A stretch of 64,000 nt of DNA from Nymphaea colorata (Eukaryota), in the NCBI RefSeq assembly GCF_008831285.2, contig NC_045138.2, positions 26,226,001-26,290,000 on the forward strand, given 5' to 3'. A program made the translations under genes and the position numbers. Each line of letters opens with the position of its first letter. Position 1 is the first letter of the stretch. The notes below the pieces were generated by a model, which was not told where the DNA came from, did no database searches, and was given only the letters and a program-made list of their open reading frames with translations. Shown here piece after piece: positions 1 to 13,744 of this stretch.

Positions 1-159
1 GAAGATCTAATATCAATAGATCCCTCAGGAGCTCCCAATGCTTTAAAATTCCATCAGAATATTGCAACAGAAAATACATAACAATCCAACAGAAAATATC
101 AATAATACACCCAAACTCAAGCAAAGTCGCTAACATGCATCCCAAATCATCGCTTCTGA

Positions 160-2502
160 TACCTGCCATTGCAAAAATTTTGACTCTAAAATTGGGGTGA
201 GCAAGGCCTAATCGAACTTAGATTGTTATGTATTTTCTGTTGGAACACGTATAATTATTGTTTGAGCATGCTAGAATTTAGAATTGATGATTTGGGATGC
301 ATGTTAGCGACTTTGCTTTTTGGGAAAAGTTTAGGATTATGTTGGAGAAGCGATGATTCATGTCTATAATGATCTTTTAAGCTTGAGGTGTTAATTTTCG
401 AAGCTATTTGGAAGCATGGTAGAGATTTTGATGTGGGTGAGAAGATTTAGAATCGTTTTAGTGAGCATGTGGAGCATGCCATTGTCAGTGGGCGTATTAT
501 AGTGTTAGTTGGAGAAGAATATGTAAGTTGGGTGTATTATTGGGAAGACGCTTCAACTAAAGAAAGCAATTGAGAATGTGTTAGTGATAGTTTGATCGAA
601 GCTTTAAGTTTAGATAACCTCAAAGAGTTGGGAAGAGACCTTTTTGAGGGCTTTGTAGGTCGACACTACCCGTCGACACCCTCTTGAGGCAATGGCATGC
701 CTCAATGATTTTGTTTTTATTTGTTTTGATTGTGGAGCTAAACCAGTAGAGAATTTAGTCATTTACCGCTTGTGTATGTTTGCAAGTACACCGAGCACTT
801 CCCGTAGACCTTGAGTGACCAGATTAGAAGTTCGAGGCGTTTTGGGTGTTTTGTGAACACGTGACAGGTATGGCGGCATTCCAGGCAAATCCCTTCCTGG
901 GGCCAACTTGAGAATGTGTGTTCCTAAGATCTTAGGATTGTGATGTGATTGAATGATTGTTTTGTGAGTGAATGTATGTATGCATGCGAATGACTTGATA
1001 TGTGATAAGCTTTGTTTTGAAAAGCTATTAGAGGCATGTTTTGAAAACTGTTACGCATTTGCATGTGCATGCTAGAATATATAACTGCTTAGGACAGATG
1101 AAGTGAGGTATCAAGTTGAGTGTCTCATCGACCCCAATTGTGCATTAGAAAGCATCCTAGAATGATAACTGCCTAAGACAGCTACGAGCCAATCACGGAT
1201 CGAGACTACTTTCCGGGATTTGGCTAAGTTTTGAAAGATGTAATTGATAAGATATGAGTTTTTATAAATGTGAATGTTGTGATTTGTTGCATATGTATTG
1301 TCGCGGGCAATGATGCAACTGAATAAAATTGAAGGGTAGTTGTACTTGTATTGTTACGACGGCTAGCTAAGAACGTTAATGTTATGTGTACCTCTCGTGT
1401 AGAGGCAATTGGAGGTGTAGGTGCACTCGTGAAGTGAACCAACCTCATGAGCTAGCCAATCATTTTGTGAATGTGCAATTAGAATGATAATAATGAAAGG
1501 ATAAGAGATGAGAGGCAAGTGGGATGTGGCTATGTGATTGGGAGTCGTCCCGCCTTCGCCACTGGTTTCGCCTGTTCGGAGCGCAGGCAGTGCAAGGCCC
1601 TAGGGTACTGTTGTGTGATGTACTTGGAGCGTTGAGCTCCCGCCTTCCCAACCTGGGTGTCCTAGGGAAGGCTAAACATCTCTCCTTTGAATTCACACAT
1701 CCATGGATGAGTGCTCTACCGCTACAGTGGGTGAATGGATCCATACTGTTTTGGGCCACCACAGGGGTTGTCTCTCGGCTGTAGGTTATCCACGGTGTGC
1801 ACGTACATGTGTTTGCACCCATAGGAACTGTCAATTCACTGAAGTTAATAAAAATGAAAAGAATATGAATGAAATGGAATATGAATGATGTGCTTGTGAA
1901 TGAAATGAATGAGAATGATATGTTTATGCATGCCTTATATGTGAATTGAAAACGTGTTATCGTGGTCATTGAGTGGCCTTTACATGTCGTGGCCTATGTG
2001 CAGGGCCTTCTTGGCAAATGGTGTGACTATGCCCTGTCACCATATGATGATGATGATTTGTTTTTATTATTGTATTATCTCATATTTGAGCCCTACCTAA
2101 GAGGGTTAGGGATTTTCCTGGCTTGTTGTCATAGTGCGAAAGCTAAGCCTTCAGTTGTTTCCTTTTTCAGGTTTTGGCGGACTCGGGGCAGCAGGTTGAT
2201 CAGATAGCTTCACTCACATCCTACTGGGGAGGTTTTGGGTCTTTTGTAGTGCCGGCGCATCGTGTTTTGGGTTATATTGATGTCTTGTTTTTGTTAGGCA
2301 TTAATCAAATGGTTTGGGGCATTTTTGTCATACATATTGATATAATTTTGTATGAACTGAAATTGTTATATAGATGAAAGTTTGCCCCATTATTTCTAAT
2401 GGCATAGCTCCCTCCTTTTTGAATTGTTGTGTCGTCGCACCTTAATGTTTTTTGTTTAGAAAAAAAAAATTTGTTTAGGGGTCAAAAGGTTGAGGCGTGA
2501 CA
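160..2502 (+). mobile_element. Probable Ty3/gypsy-type LTR remnant (3' LTR or solo LTR) inside a NUA intron; left end not resolved
   Basis: G/T-rich non-coding tract unlike the flanking intron, ending in GAGGCGTGACA (...TGACA at 2502), a common gypsy LTR terminus. No PBS follows and no gag/pol ORF is visible. Confidence 0.55.
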
Positions 2503-4040
2503 CGTATGGTGGCTATGCAGAGATGCAAGAAGATTTTTTACTTCCTTTAAGGAACACAGTCTATCAAATCCTTAATCATCCATGGTAATTGTCATATTTC
2601 ACCCATGTCTAGATGTCCCAAAGATCGAATTTTGCTCATTCTGTTCCAGCTAAGAGTTTCTAGATGTCAGAGCGATTCAAATATATTTTTCTCTTTTGCC
2701 ACCAAAAATGTGTTGCATTCTCCATACAGATGTTGGCTAAAGTTTTCCATGCACATCGAGACATGCTTCCAAGGTAATGGCTTGGTAACATTCTGCTAGA
2801 TAAAAAAAAAATTATAGTGAATGGTGCCAAGACATACATGGATCTAAATTCTAATCAACGCCATGTGTCATAACTCTTGCCCCTTTGAGTACTCAACTTA
2901 ATCAAATTCCATAGCATCATTTAAAGATGAAAACATATCATACTCTGCAGTGAGGCACCATGGGATTCACCAGATGGGATACACAAGTCTATTGTGGATC
3001 CCACCACCGATAAAAGTAGGCCTCAATAATAAGAAATCACCATAAATTTATCAAAAATCATAGGGCTTAATGTTAAACATGTTGCCCAACAAGCTAACTT
3101 GCACAATTATCAGCCTACTTTCATTTTCCTATGGCACCTACAAATACCTCTATACCAAGAAGGAGCTCGTAATAACAGCTCAAATATGTCGTTAATCAGT
3201 TTGGTGTATAAAAATCGATTGTATATAAATCTTTGTGCATGTCAACCACCTGTAACTTGTAAGATCAATTATGTGCATTTAATTTAATAGTCAGTCAAAC
3301 CTAGAAGTATCCCAGACCAAAAAAAGCCAAACAATGAAGCACCTAATCCAACAAACATCAGTGATAAAAATTCCCAAAAAAAAAACACCTCGCACCTCAT
3401 TAATGAGACAGGAAATCACACATCTGGCCATTAATGGCATTAAAATATCATGCTTATGACATGACCATCCTACGAACAAGGATTAAATGCTAATGTAGGA
3501 TGCCTGAATGGAAACCGGCATTGACTTTGGAGTAAAAGATCAATCATATAACATGCAAAGAGAGTAATAATAAATGCCCAATTCATCCACGAGGACCATG
3601 ACCACAGAATACAAATCGATATTCTGTTGACCTTACCTCCAAAATCAACAAATATCCTTAACTACCTTATGTACAGACTTGTGAAAGTCTGAAAAAACCT
3701 CACTTAGAAACTCAAACAACTTTCTCCATTCGTCCACTTTTTGGTCAAAAAAACCCCACAAAAGACCCAAATTTAAAAGCTAAGCACTATCAGATGTATA
3801 ATAAAGGTCCAGAGTACCAGCTTCAGAAAACCACAAACTAAGCTCTATTACAACATTTAATCATCCAAACACTGTTTTACAAAAAACAAAATTGAAGCAA
3901 CAAGCTAACTAACGAATATATGAACACGGAAATTGCAGAATAAATATATATATATGAGAAAGAGGAAGGAATTCCATAGTTAAACAATGAAATAAAGTAT
4001 GCCAAAAGCACATATGCAAAACAAGTAGAGGAAGACGCAC

Positions 4041-5001
4041 CACGTTCCTCCAAAACAATTTCAGCTTTCTCTTCAATTTCACTCAGAACCTACAAATGCC
4101 ATTAAAAAACAAGCTATATCAAACAGAACTGACTAATACCAAGAATTGAACATCAAGTTGTATTCGAAGGGAAAAAGAACAATTTTTCTTAGCAACAATG
4201 ACCATATATCAAGTATTCAATCTGTAACTTCTATATTTCTGTTTTTTCTCCATAAAATATAACAGGGTTACAGGAATTTATCCACCTGAAGTAATAAAAG
4301 CAACATTTAAAAGAAACATAATCTAGATATCCCAATTGAATAGGAATTGTAGTCAATATATAATCAAGTTGCACAATTATAAAAACAAAAACCACAAGGT
4401 GCAATAAAATCCTTTTATGGTTCTTCACTCTTACATGAGAGACACAAAAACTATGTGTATGCTTTATAGCACATGCATATACGGCATATACATATCCATG
4501 GATTTGTGCTCATATTTAACATCAATAGGGAAAAAAATATGCACGAATGCATGCCTATGTAAGATCAGTATGCGCACATTTACATATTGTCAACCCCAGA
4601 TGAGACATAACACACAGGGCTACAAAGTGATGAAGTTTCTGAACCCATTCTTCTTCCTTGACTATGTCTGCCATTTTCTCTATGCCTCTTCTTCCTTGAG
4701 AATTTTTAGTGGAAATGATATATTTACCATTTTCTCCATGATTCTTCTTCTTTTACCAGAATACCATGGAACTTACTTTCCATTTTATGTGTTCTTATGT
4801 CCCAATCATTAAACAGGAGTAACTTAGAAAAGGCAAGCTCAGGCTCAAGGTTGACTCATCTAAGTTATAAAGTGAAACCAACTTGAGCTCCAAAAACTAA
4901 AATATGGCTTTGAGGAACACCAGACTTATGTTGTAAGAACTCAGAAGTGATAAGCGCACCCTAGGCAATTAACGCTTAAGTGTACAAAAAAGATGCAAAA
5001 C

Positions 5002-5032
<31 letters not shown>

Positions 5033-8000
5033 AAAAAAAAAAAAAATCTGCAGTTTGCACATAAATAATAAACAATAAAAGAATACATAACAATATACTA
5101 AAATTAAAATATATTCAGTAATAGAACCACTAACATATATATTAAACATACTTATTGAAGTATAGCATATGTACTATAATTGTTACTTAATATGTACAAT
5201 ACACATCAAATAATATGTACTATAATACAAGTTCCAAACTTCAATAGCAGAGGGAAATCACATCAGCACATCAGCACATCACTAGTTAACTACATAATAG
5301 TAGATGCACTGAAAAAAAAAAAAAAAGACATCAGGAAAAAAAATGTAGACAATAGGATTTAGGAATCATATTAGCATATCACTAGTTAATTATGCATTAG
5401 TAAATGCACCATGAAAACAAAGACAAAAAGTAGGAAGACGAAGAAAAAGGAAATGCCGCCAAAAGAAAAAGGGGGAATTTAAAAAAAAAAAAACAAGTTA
5501 TTTATTGGCATGTGAGTGTCCTAACTGGTTACACACACAGTCAATAGTCAATACCAAGTACATAAATAATAAAAAAAAAATAAAACAGCTTTATGGAAAA
5601 AAAAAGCTCCACACATAGTTATGCCCAGGCTACAGCCTAGGCATTATGAAGCAACTTGCCCGGAAACCATGGACTTAATGATCATGTGCATCTTGCACAC
5701 CTTGCACAACATACCTCAGGATGGGATACTACTACCCAAACTTAAGATAAGTGAAGCTAAATACGTAGGTTCAAACAGGCTGTACTCGAAGACATCATAA
5801 TAAATCTGGGACAAGTTATAACCTAAAACAAGCATATAAACTCCGACATATATGCTATTGAGCCACTATAGGAAATAACATAATGGTATTATTTATGTTT
5901 TCAGCAAAATATTCAACAAACAAGACATTTCATATGTAACTTCAAATTCTTGCAAGAATAACTCATTTCTTTTGCTAAACAGCAAACCCTTAATAAAAAG
6001 ACCAAATGAAACATCTGAGCCATTTAGCAGAAAGAATAGAAGCAGGTAAATCAGGAATACTATAACAAAAAGTCCACATGCAATATCTAAAGGCATTTTT
6101 GTAAAAAGGACAAGGCAGATTTCAGACATTACCTTCTCTAGAATTGCCTGTGATTGCTTCCTCCCCAGCTTTTCATGTCGCAATGCATCAACAGTTTCTT
6201 GATATTTTGCATACATTTTGGCTAGCTACATAACATCAGGAGATTAACTGAATGTGACAGAGAGAGGGAGAGAAAGAGATAGATTGTTAATTTGTTATAC
6301 TTACACTCCAACCATCTCGAAGAAGAGCAGCTGCTAAAGCTGTGCCCGATACACCAATTGGTATTCTTGGCACCAGCATTTTCTCGCCACCATCACATAG
6401 ATCTGCATTTCTCTCACCTGTATCCCTATTTAAATAAGGAAACACAACATTAAGAAGGCAACAACGAATCTTATGGGAACTACATACAAGCACCAGCAGT
6501 GTAATTACCTAATGCATCTTTTCCATGTATACTTGCACGGCTTGCTAGAAAGCACTTTTGCAACTAATTACAAGAGAAGTTTGGTATAGACTAATAGCTG
6601 TCATAAACAGTGTTGAATGCGCCTACCTCGATTTCAGATCTGAAAATGACACTTCGACTATGCCGAACATGTTTCTAATTTTACCTACTCTAGTAACTCT
6701 ACTAAGTTGAACTGCAGTATTCCAATTTTACCTTATTACATGACAAGAGCTAACAAAAATTACATAGCCCTGATTGAGCATCCTGCTAGATTCAGAAGAC
6801 AAGATCTTCAGAGGACATGACAGTTTCTTTTGGGTGATTCAGAACTATGCCCCAGCACACAGCATTGAATAATGGCACATGTAAACTGCAAAAGTGGGCA
6901 TGTATTATTCAATAACGAAACCTATCAGCTATGTTCTCTTATTCAGTATTCACCCTATATTTCGCACTTCAAGGCTCCAAGTAACTCACAACTATGTATG
7001 CTTGATCTTACCATCTTATTCCACTAATCCATCAAATGATAATAAAAAATAAAAAATAAAAGTTTGACCACTGTAGGCTGCTAAACTTCATACAACTGTC
7101 ACTTTATGCCTTCTTCTTGTCTAATTAAGAGCCCTAACAACAGCCATTATACATTAATTTCTTCCTGATGCTCAATATCCCTAGCTTCCTCCATTCCTTC
7201 CTCCGATAATTTCCTTTCGGACTAATGTAACCCATCAAAGTCGACATGCATTTTCTAAGACAAGCATGCACATGCACTAAACTAGTTACCCACGTGACAT
7301 AGGGACCATGCTAATAATTAAGACCAACTCCTTTATTTTGCAGAAATGAAGAAAAAGAAATTCAAAACACAAACTCACTCATTTACAAATACAAGTGCAC
7401 TTCACGCTCCTCAAAATGCATGTCAGGCAATTACATTGCCTTAATCAATTATGAAAATAAGGACACAAGAAACATGGGAAAGTGACCACACGATGAGAGA
7501 TAATAGCACAATATACCTACATATTTTTCCTTCAACATCATAGAGAATTTATTACAGAAGCCATCAAGTGTTTGAACCAAGTGTTGGCATAAGATTAAAC
7601 CGTAATGGTTGTATCCAAGAAAGTCTTGGTAACGTACATGTGATCCACTGATAAACTAAACATCGGTAGATCCAATTCATTTGCCTTTCTTGCATTCTCA
7701 AGCTCAAGCTCACATTTGTTTAGTTTCTCCCTCAACTCAGAAGCCTCCTACAGTCGATAATAGAAGGAAAAGAATATTCTTCTGTCAGATCTCTAGCTTC
7801 AAATGGAAAACCAGCACAAAAATTAATTAGCTAAATGAGGGCTCCGAATGCTGTTAAAAGATATTGAAGATGAGGCTCTCTGTTTCGGAGTTCCACAAAG
7901 CAAACCTTCTCAAGACCATTCTTCTCGGATACTTGCTGATTAAGTTTTTCCTTGAACTCGTCTTCAACTTGAGATAAATGAGTCTGCAAGTATACATTAA

Positions 8001-11000
8001 ACAAAAATGCTTACGACAATAAAGGATAAAATAAGACATGCAGTAAAGGTTTTGATCACTTACTTCCAATGCTTTGATCACTCCTTCAAGCTCAGCAGCC
8101 TTCTTGGACCATTCTTCGGTGCTCTCTTTATATAATTCAACAAGCTTAGTGGCCTATAAGTGACAAACAAAGGTTATGAAACATCAACCACAAGCTGGAA
8201 CACACTTAAAGGAGAAGATTTGCTTATGGCTCATGAGCTGAAGAATGAGTGGGGTTTCATTTTGTAGGTATTCCTGCATTGTTAATCAACTTGGCTAGAA
8301 AAGGGCTTCTCACCCAGCCTTTTGAATTGGGGATTGGATGAGATCATCTCCAGAAAAATGATCTGGTGAAGGAGTGATTGGCGCAGGATCCAGACAAGCT
8401 ACAACCCTATCGTTTCCATGACGGTGTTGAGGGCAGACATCAATCCTAAGCATTGTTACAACTTACAAATATTGTTTTTGGGTTCTAAAGGGCGAGGTTT
8501 TTCTCGGGTATAATACGGCAAAGATTCTTTTTTTTTTTGTGGGATCTTGGCAAACTTTTAAAAGTTTTAAAAAAGAAAATGCAAAAATAAAAAATGTGGT
8601 TAAAAAAAAACACGTTTTTTTGCAGTTTTTTCAGCTGATCTGTTTTTGACGTATAAAATGTCTTTTTTTCGAAAAAATGTGTCTTATGTGACATTGATTT
8701 TAAGCATCCAGTGTACAGCTTTTTCACAGTATATCACATAATATGAAGCAAAGTAACAAAAGCAGTCGATATATGGCTCTAGTGAAACGATGTAATACAT
8801 ATTCGGTAAGGTTTCTTGATAAGATATGGCATTCTACCATCGGGATCACTACACATAAAAGTTAGATCAAGTCAGAGCCACAAATACTGTTATTGGGTCT
8901 CTATCGAGTATTGACAAGGTTTTTCTTTGATATTTTCCGGCAAAGTTGTTTTTGTGGGAGAATCTTCGAGACTTTTAAAAAAAATAAAATAAAATAATAG
9001 GTAAAAAAACAAAATAAATGAGAAACTAATAAGAAGACATAACGATTATCTAGGCAAAACGATAAAAATGGTAAAGTAATAACTATCCTATTGCATTTAG
9101 GAGGTCATGTAAAACACTTAAAACGAGAGGAAATAAAACAATAAACAAAAATGGAAAAAAATGAAAACAAAAAAAGTGAAAAAATTGAGATGAACTCGCA
9201 ATAAAATGCGATGAATTGATTTTTTAACATTTTTTCAAAATATCGTATATTTTTCCCTTTTTTTTGCTTTGTTCATATTTTTTGGTAATATTACAATATT
9301 TTTTAAAATATCACGATATTACAGCTATGGATCAAGTATAGATCGGAATGGAACACATAGTCAATGATAGTAGAGTACCATTAAAATTGACATGATAGAT
9401 TATGGTTCGCCCCTCAAATTTACGAACACATCATTCAGAAGTCCAGAAGGATACAATCCTAACAAAAAGAAGACTAGATATCCATCTAATTATGATGACA
9501 ACAAAACAAATTTAGTTTCAAATAAAGCAGTCAGTATGCAGATAATAAATTTAGTAGTTCACAGAACTCACTGTCGCTATTTCAGCCGAAAATTGTTGCT
9601 CGTTAGAAGCAGCAGCATTTTTGCAGCAGCATAATTCCTTCATCAGTTGAGAAAAGCATGCATATAAAGTCAATCTAAGCACCAACAGAAAACTAAAATC
9701 AAGAGATAACAAACATACAGATGAATTAATAAGTCACCTCTTGTGTACTTGTTAATTTCTCTTCAAGGTCCTTCATCCTTTCCTTAGTTGTGCTCAAGCA
9801 GCGTGAAGTTTCGTTCAATTGTTTCTCAACCTAATAATTATTCCTAAAATAATTAAATACGAAATATGCATACCCAGACAACCAACAAAGAAATCGTTCT
9901 TATATGTTTGTCTATGACAAAAGACAAACAAGGCTCTGGTCAACTACTCACCTCAGCAAGTTTAAACGACAAATCTGCTTCATTCTCAGTGGAAGACCTT
10001 CGGAGCTCAAGAAGAGCATCGACTTTGGATGTAAGTTCCTCATTCAGCCACTGGTTGTGTCTCTCAAGAAGTTCCTTTTCCTATTCATATGAAAAAATAT
10101 TTCATGGAAAATGAATGAGAATCGTCAACTATGTTTTGACCTCTAAAACATCCAAGAAAAAATTTTTGTTGGCAATTAATCCTATGAATAAAGTTGGTGT
10201 GGAAATGATATTATAAACTAGTAAAGCCACTCCTGCATCTTGAATTTTGACCAACAAAAACGACAGACCAGCAGATGATACAAGGAATTTTTTAAACAAA
10301 GGCACAAGTAACATTCTCGGCAATCAATGAAGTTTTTCTCAAAAGTTCTTTATAAGATGTGACTTTTCTTGGGAAAAATACTGAGAAAAACTTGAAAGTT
10401 TTAAAACTTGAAACACAACAATACAGAAAAGTTATGAAGTGTTGGGTTAAAAAGGCACAAGTAACATTCTCGGCAACCAATGAAGTTTTTCTCAACAGTT
10501 CTTTATAAGATGTGACTTTTCTTGGGAAGAATACTGAGAAAAACTTGAAAGTTTTAAAACTTGAAACACAACAATACAGAAAAGTTATGAAGTATTGGGT
10601 TAAAAAGGATAAAGAAACAAATAGGAAAACTCCATAAAAACAAAAGCAAACAAAAATCTTAGAAAAAATCACATGCTTAGGAATTATAGAAACAAAGGAA
10701 CTTTTTTCAGTATCTTAGGAAATTATTGGAAATGTTTCAGGATAATATGGCAATTTTTTCACGTCTGATGATATTCTGAAAATGATGAAATATTTTGCTG
10801 ATATTATCAGTTAATGTCAAAATGGCAATAATATCAGGAGATTTCAAAATATAAAAGACGTTCGTGGCTATGATTGTAACATATTCCAGTTAAAAATGTC
10901 GAATAACCATCTTTTTGTCTTAACATTCTCAAGCACATTCATCATATCCACTTGAGAAAATCACTCTCACAAGTCACAGTAGAAACAACAGGAGGCATGT

Positions 11001-13458
11001 GGATCCTCGTCTCAAACTGCAGTTTCGTAATTCCAAAACTTCTGAGAAAAGGACAACATATGGCAGCTGAAAATTATTTTCAAGCTTATACTTTTTTTAC
11101 AATCATGACAAAGTGCATTGTATGTAACAGAATAACCAAACTGTGAATGCCCCCAAGTAGGATAGAAACCCAGGATGTGGCATATCCTTAAGGTTGTATT
11201 TGATTCCCCGGACCTCAAATCCGAGGTGATCTGAAAACCACCATAGCTGAAATTCATATTTTTGTCAAGCTGTGGATTTCAGCATCCATCCCCAAAGTCG
11301 ATCCCAAATTCATGCTATAGTGTAAAAAGCATGGATTTGAGATCCAATGGGGGGTGGCGGGGAGGGGGGGCGGACCTCAAACCGTGGATCTGAGATCAGC
11401 GGTAATCAAACACGACCTAAATGCTTTTCAAGTGTCACCCTTTAACTTGATTTACTGCTTAAATATTAAGGCTGCATTATCTTGTTCCTGTGAACAATGT
11501 CCTACTTAAAAAATTGCAATAAAGAAAGGTTGGATTAGAAGCAACTCAAGAACACAAATACTTGTGGAAGAAGACAGCCAAGATAAAAGAATTTCTGCGA
11601 AAAATAACCTAAAACCCACAACTACTGTACGCTTTCCAGAGCCAATTTTATGCTATTTTTTCTCCTTCCCTTTTCTTGGGCAATCAGAAATAGAAAATGG
11701 TACATAATGGTCAGTTTGTTACATAACATCCTCAATAGTATAATATTTTATAATATGAAAAACAGGTTACATAACCAACTTATCTAATGACACATCGCTT
11801 TCTAATCTACCTGTCGAGAGAAATGCCTAACAAGAATAAGAGAAGATGGTAGCCTAATGAGCCCATAAAAGTCGGTGCATGGAGTTGGATAAGTGCCTCG
11901 TAACAGCATGTACTATTAGCATAAGTAAAAGGAATGTGGACATGCAAGAATTGTTAGGAGATAACATCCTATTTTCCAGTAAAATTGTCCAAAGACAAAA
12001 GACCAAAAAAAACAAAGTGTAGACAAAAATCAAAATGTAGTGTAGCATAACATGGGCATGTTTTGCCATTTCAAGATCAGAAAGGCATAATTAATCCATA
12101 GAAAAGCATTAGCCCATAACAATTCCTTTCCCACTTTCTAGGTCAAGACCGAGCTAAATGACTGTGAGCAAGTTTCAGAAATCTTTAAGTGGTAAGGCCC
12201 CTAGATGAAACGCTGATGGCTAGGATATAGGACCAAATTCTCTTGAGTAGGTTCGCAAAAACCACTGTGTCAATTACGATGTAAATGCTTCAATTGCCAG
12301 CTCAGCGCACTAAATTAACAGCCAATAAAACTTAAAGCAACAAAAGTTCCAAAGTTTATTTGGGGAAAGACAAAAGCGACATTCTAGCTGAACCATGACG
12401 GGCACATGATATAATATTCTTTCGAAACACATGCATCCATGCAAGTTGAAGTAGAAAATCCTTGACCACACTAATATTCGGGAGAAGATCATTAAAATGA
12501 ATTGCTAACCTGCAAAACACGAGCATGAGCCGCTTGACATCTTGCCAACTCTGCCTCACAATCATGAAACTTTGCATCTTTCAAATTGGCATCATCAGTG
12601 AGGTTAATCTTCAAGAAATTGGCAAATATAAACAGATGTTAAACGCCAGGTGAGAATAATAAATGTCGAAAAACCAGTACAATGGCCATGTCAATGGTGA
12701 CACCCAAGCATATCAAGTTATAGACTTCAGTTGGAAGATAGTTGTCATAAAACACAGATTACAACCAATAACAACAACAACGATGACGGTGATCGAAGAC
12801 AAAGAATCAACGAAGTAGTAGTCTTTGAAGGCAGAAGGAACTCACAATCTTGTCCAAGTAACTCTTGGCCAACGCAGCTCTATCATTGATCTCTATATCC
12901 TTCTGGTCAATCATTTCCAACAATTGCCGCTTCGACTTGTGCATCTCAGATACTTGGAGGGATAATTTCTCGATTTCGCTGTCTTTAGTAACCTGCGGCC
13001 ATAAGTTTCCACATGAAGGGCAAGAAAATACATCAAACGCCAGAAAACAGCGTACTAAAAGAACTTTTGCAACTGAAATGCGGAGAAAATGATCGGAAGA
13101 AAAAAAGAAAAAAAAAAAGGAAAATGAGAGGGGAAAAGAAGGATGGCCTCACGTCCTTGAGATTGAGCTGATGCTTCTCCGACTGAATTCGCGCGACTTC
13201 CTGGATTTTTTCGTCGAGGGCAGCCGACAGCTGCGCGGTGCGCGCCTCCAACTGCGCGTAATCGGAGGACAGCGTGACATATTTCTGCTCGACGAGGGCG
13301 CAGCTCTGCTCGTAGGTGATTGCCGCAGCGTCGGCCTGAGATTTACATGTCTCGAGCTGCCTCTGCAGTTCCCGAATGTAAGCGTCGGCCTTCTCGGCCA
13401 CAAGCGCCGCGTTGTCACCGCAGCTCCGGAGATCTTCATCCGTGATGAAGAGCGGCAT
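4041..13458 (-). CDS. NUA: Nuclear pore anchor (TPR/Mlp homologue), 5' portion (12 exons, ~460 codons); gene continues past the left edge
   Basis: Starts MPLFITDEDL...AEKADAYIREL, the plant NUA N-terminus. Hand-spliced GT-AG exons keep frame: 13458-13153, 12992-12846, 12608-12510, 10080-9952, 9830-9738, 9637-9572, 8153-8064, 7983-7906, 7747-7638, 6425-6305, 6225-6133, 4089-4041. They give EKELLERHNQWLNEELTSKV, LVELYKESTEEWSKKAAELEGVIKALETHL and GVSGTALAAALLRDGWSLAKMYAKYQE. Confidence 0.95.
10298..10608. repeat. 153-bp direct tandem duplication in NUA intron 3
   Basis: GGCACAAGTAACATTCTCGGC... starts at 10301 and 10454; the copies differ at only a few positions. Confidence 0.9.
11192..11417. 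mobile_element. Tourist-like (PIF/Harbinger) MITE
   Basis: TIRs GGTTGTATTTGATT / AATCAAACACGACC with TAA on both sides. Related internal sequence recurs near 18600-18790, 36360-36580 and 62095-62290. Confidence 0.8.
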
Positions 13459-13744
13459 CGTTCTCGACTGGCTCGTCTCTTCTGCGTCCAGATGAATGCT
13501 AGGGTTTGCTTCCCGTCCGACCTTACCTGCTACTGATGCATCTTGGGTGAGATGGGCGAAGGATGAGAAGATGACGCTTTGGGGAATCGACCGGCAAAGA
13601 GAATGGGAGGGAGAGAAGGAAAGGAAATCGGCGGGAACGCGAGGGAAAGGAAACCAAGCTACCCAACCGACGGGCCTTCGAGCCTGGACGCGCGACTCGT
13701 CCCAAAACCGCCTGGAGAGAATCAAGAAACTGTGCGACGCCAAC

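Noticed and set aside
1224..2377. Short ORFs in the LTR-like region as gag/pol or host genes
   Set aside because: No retroelement or other protein motifs, and compositionally biased.
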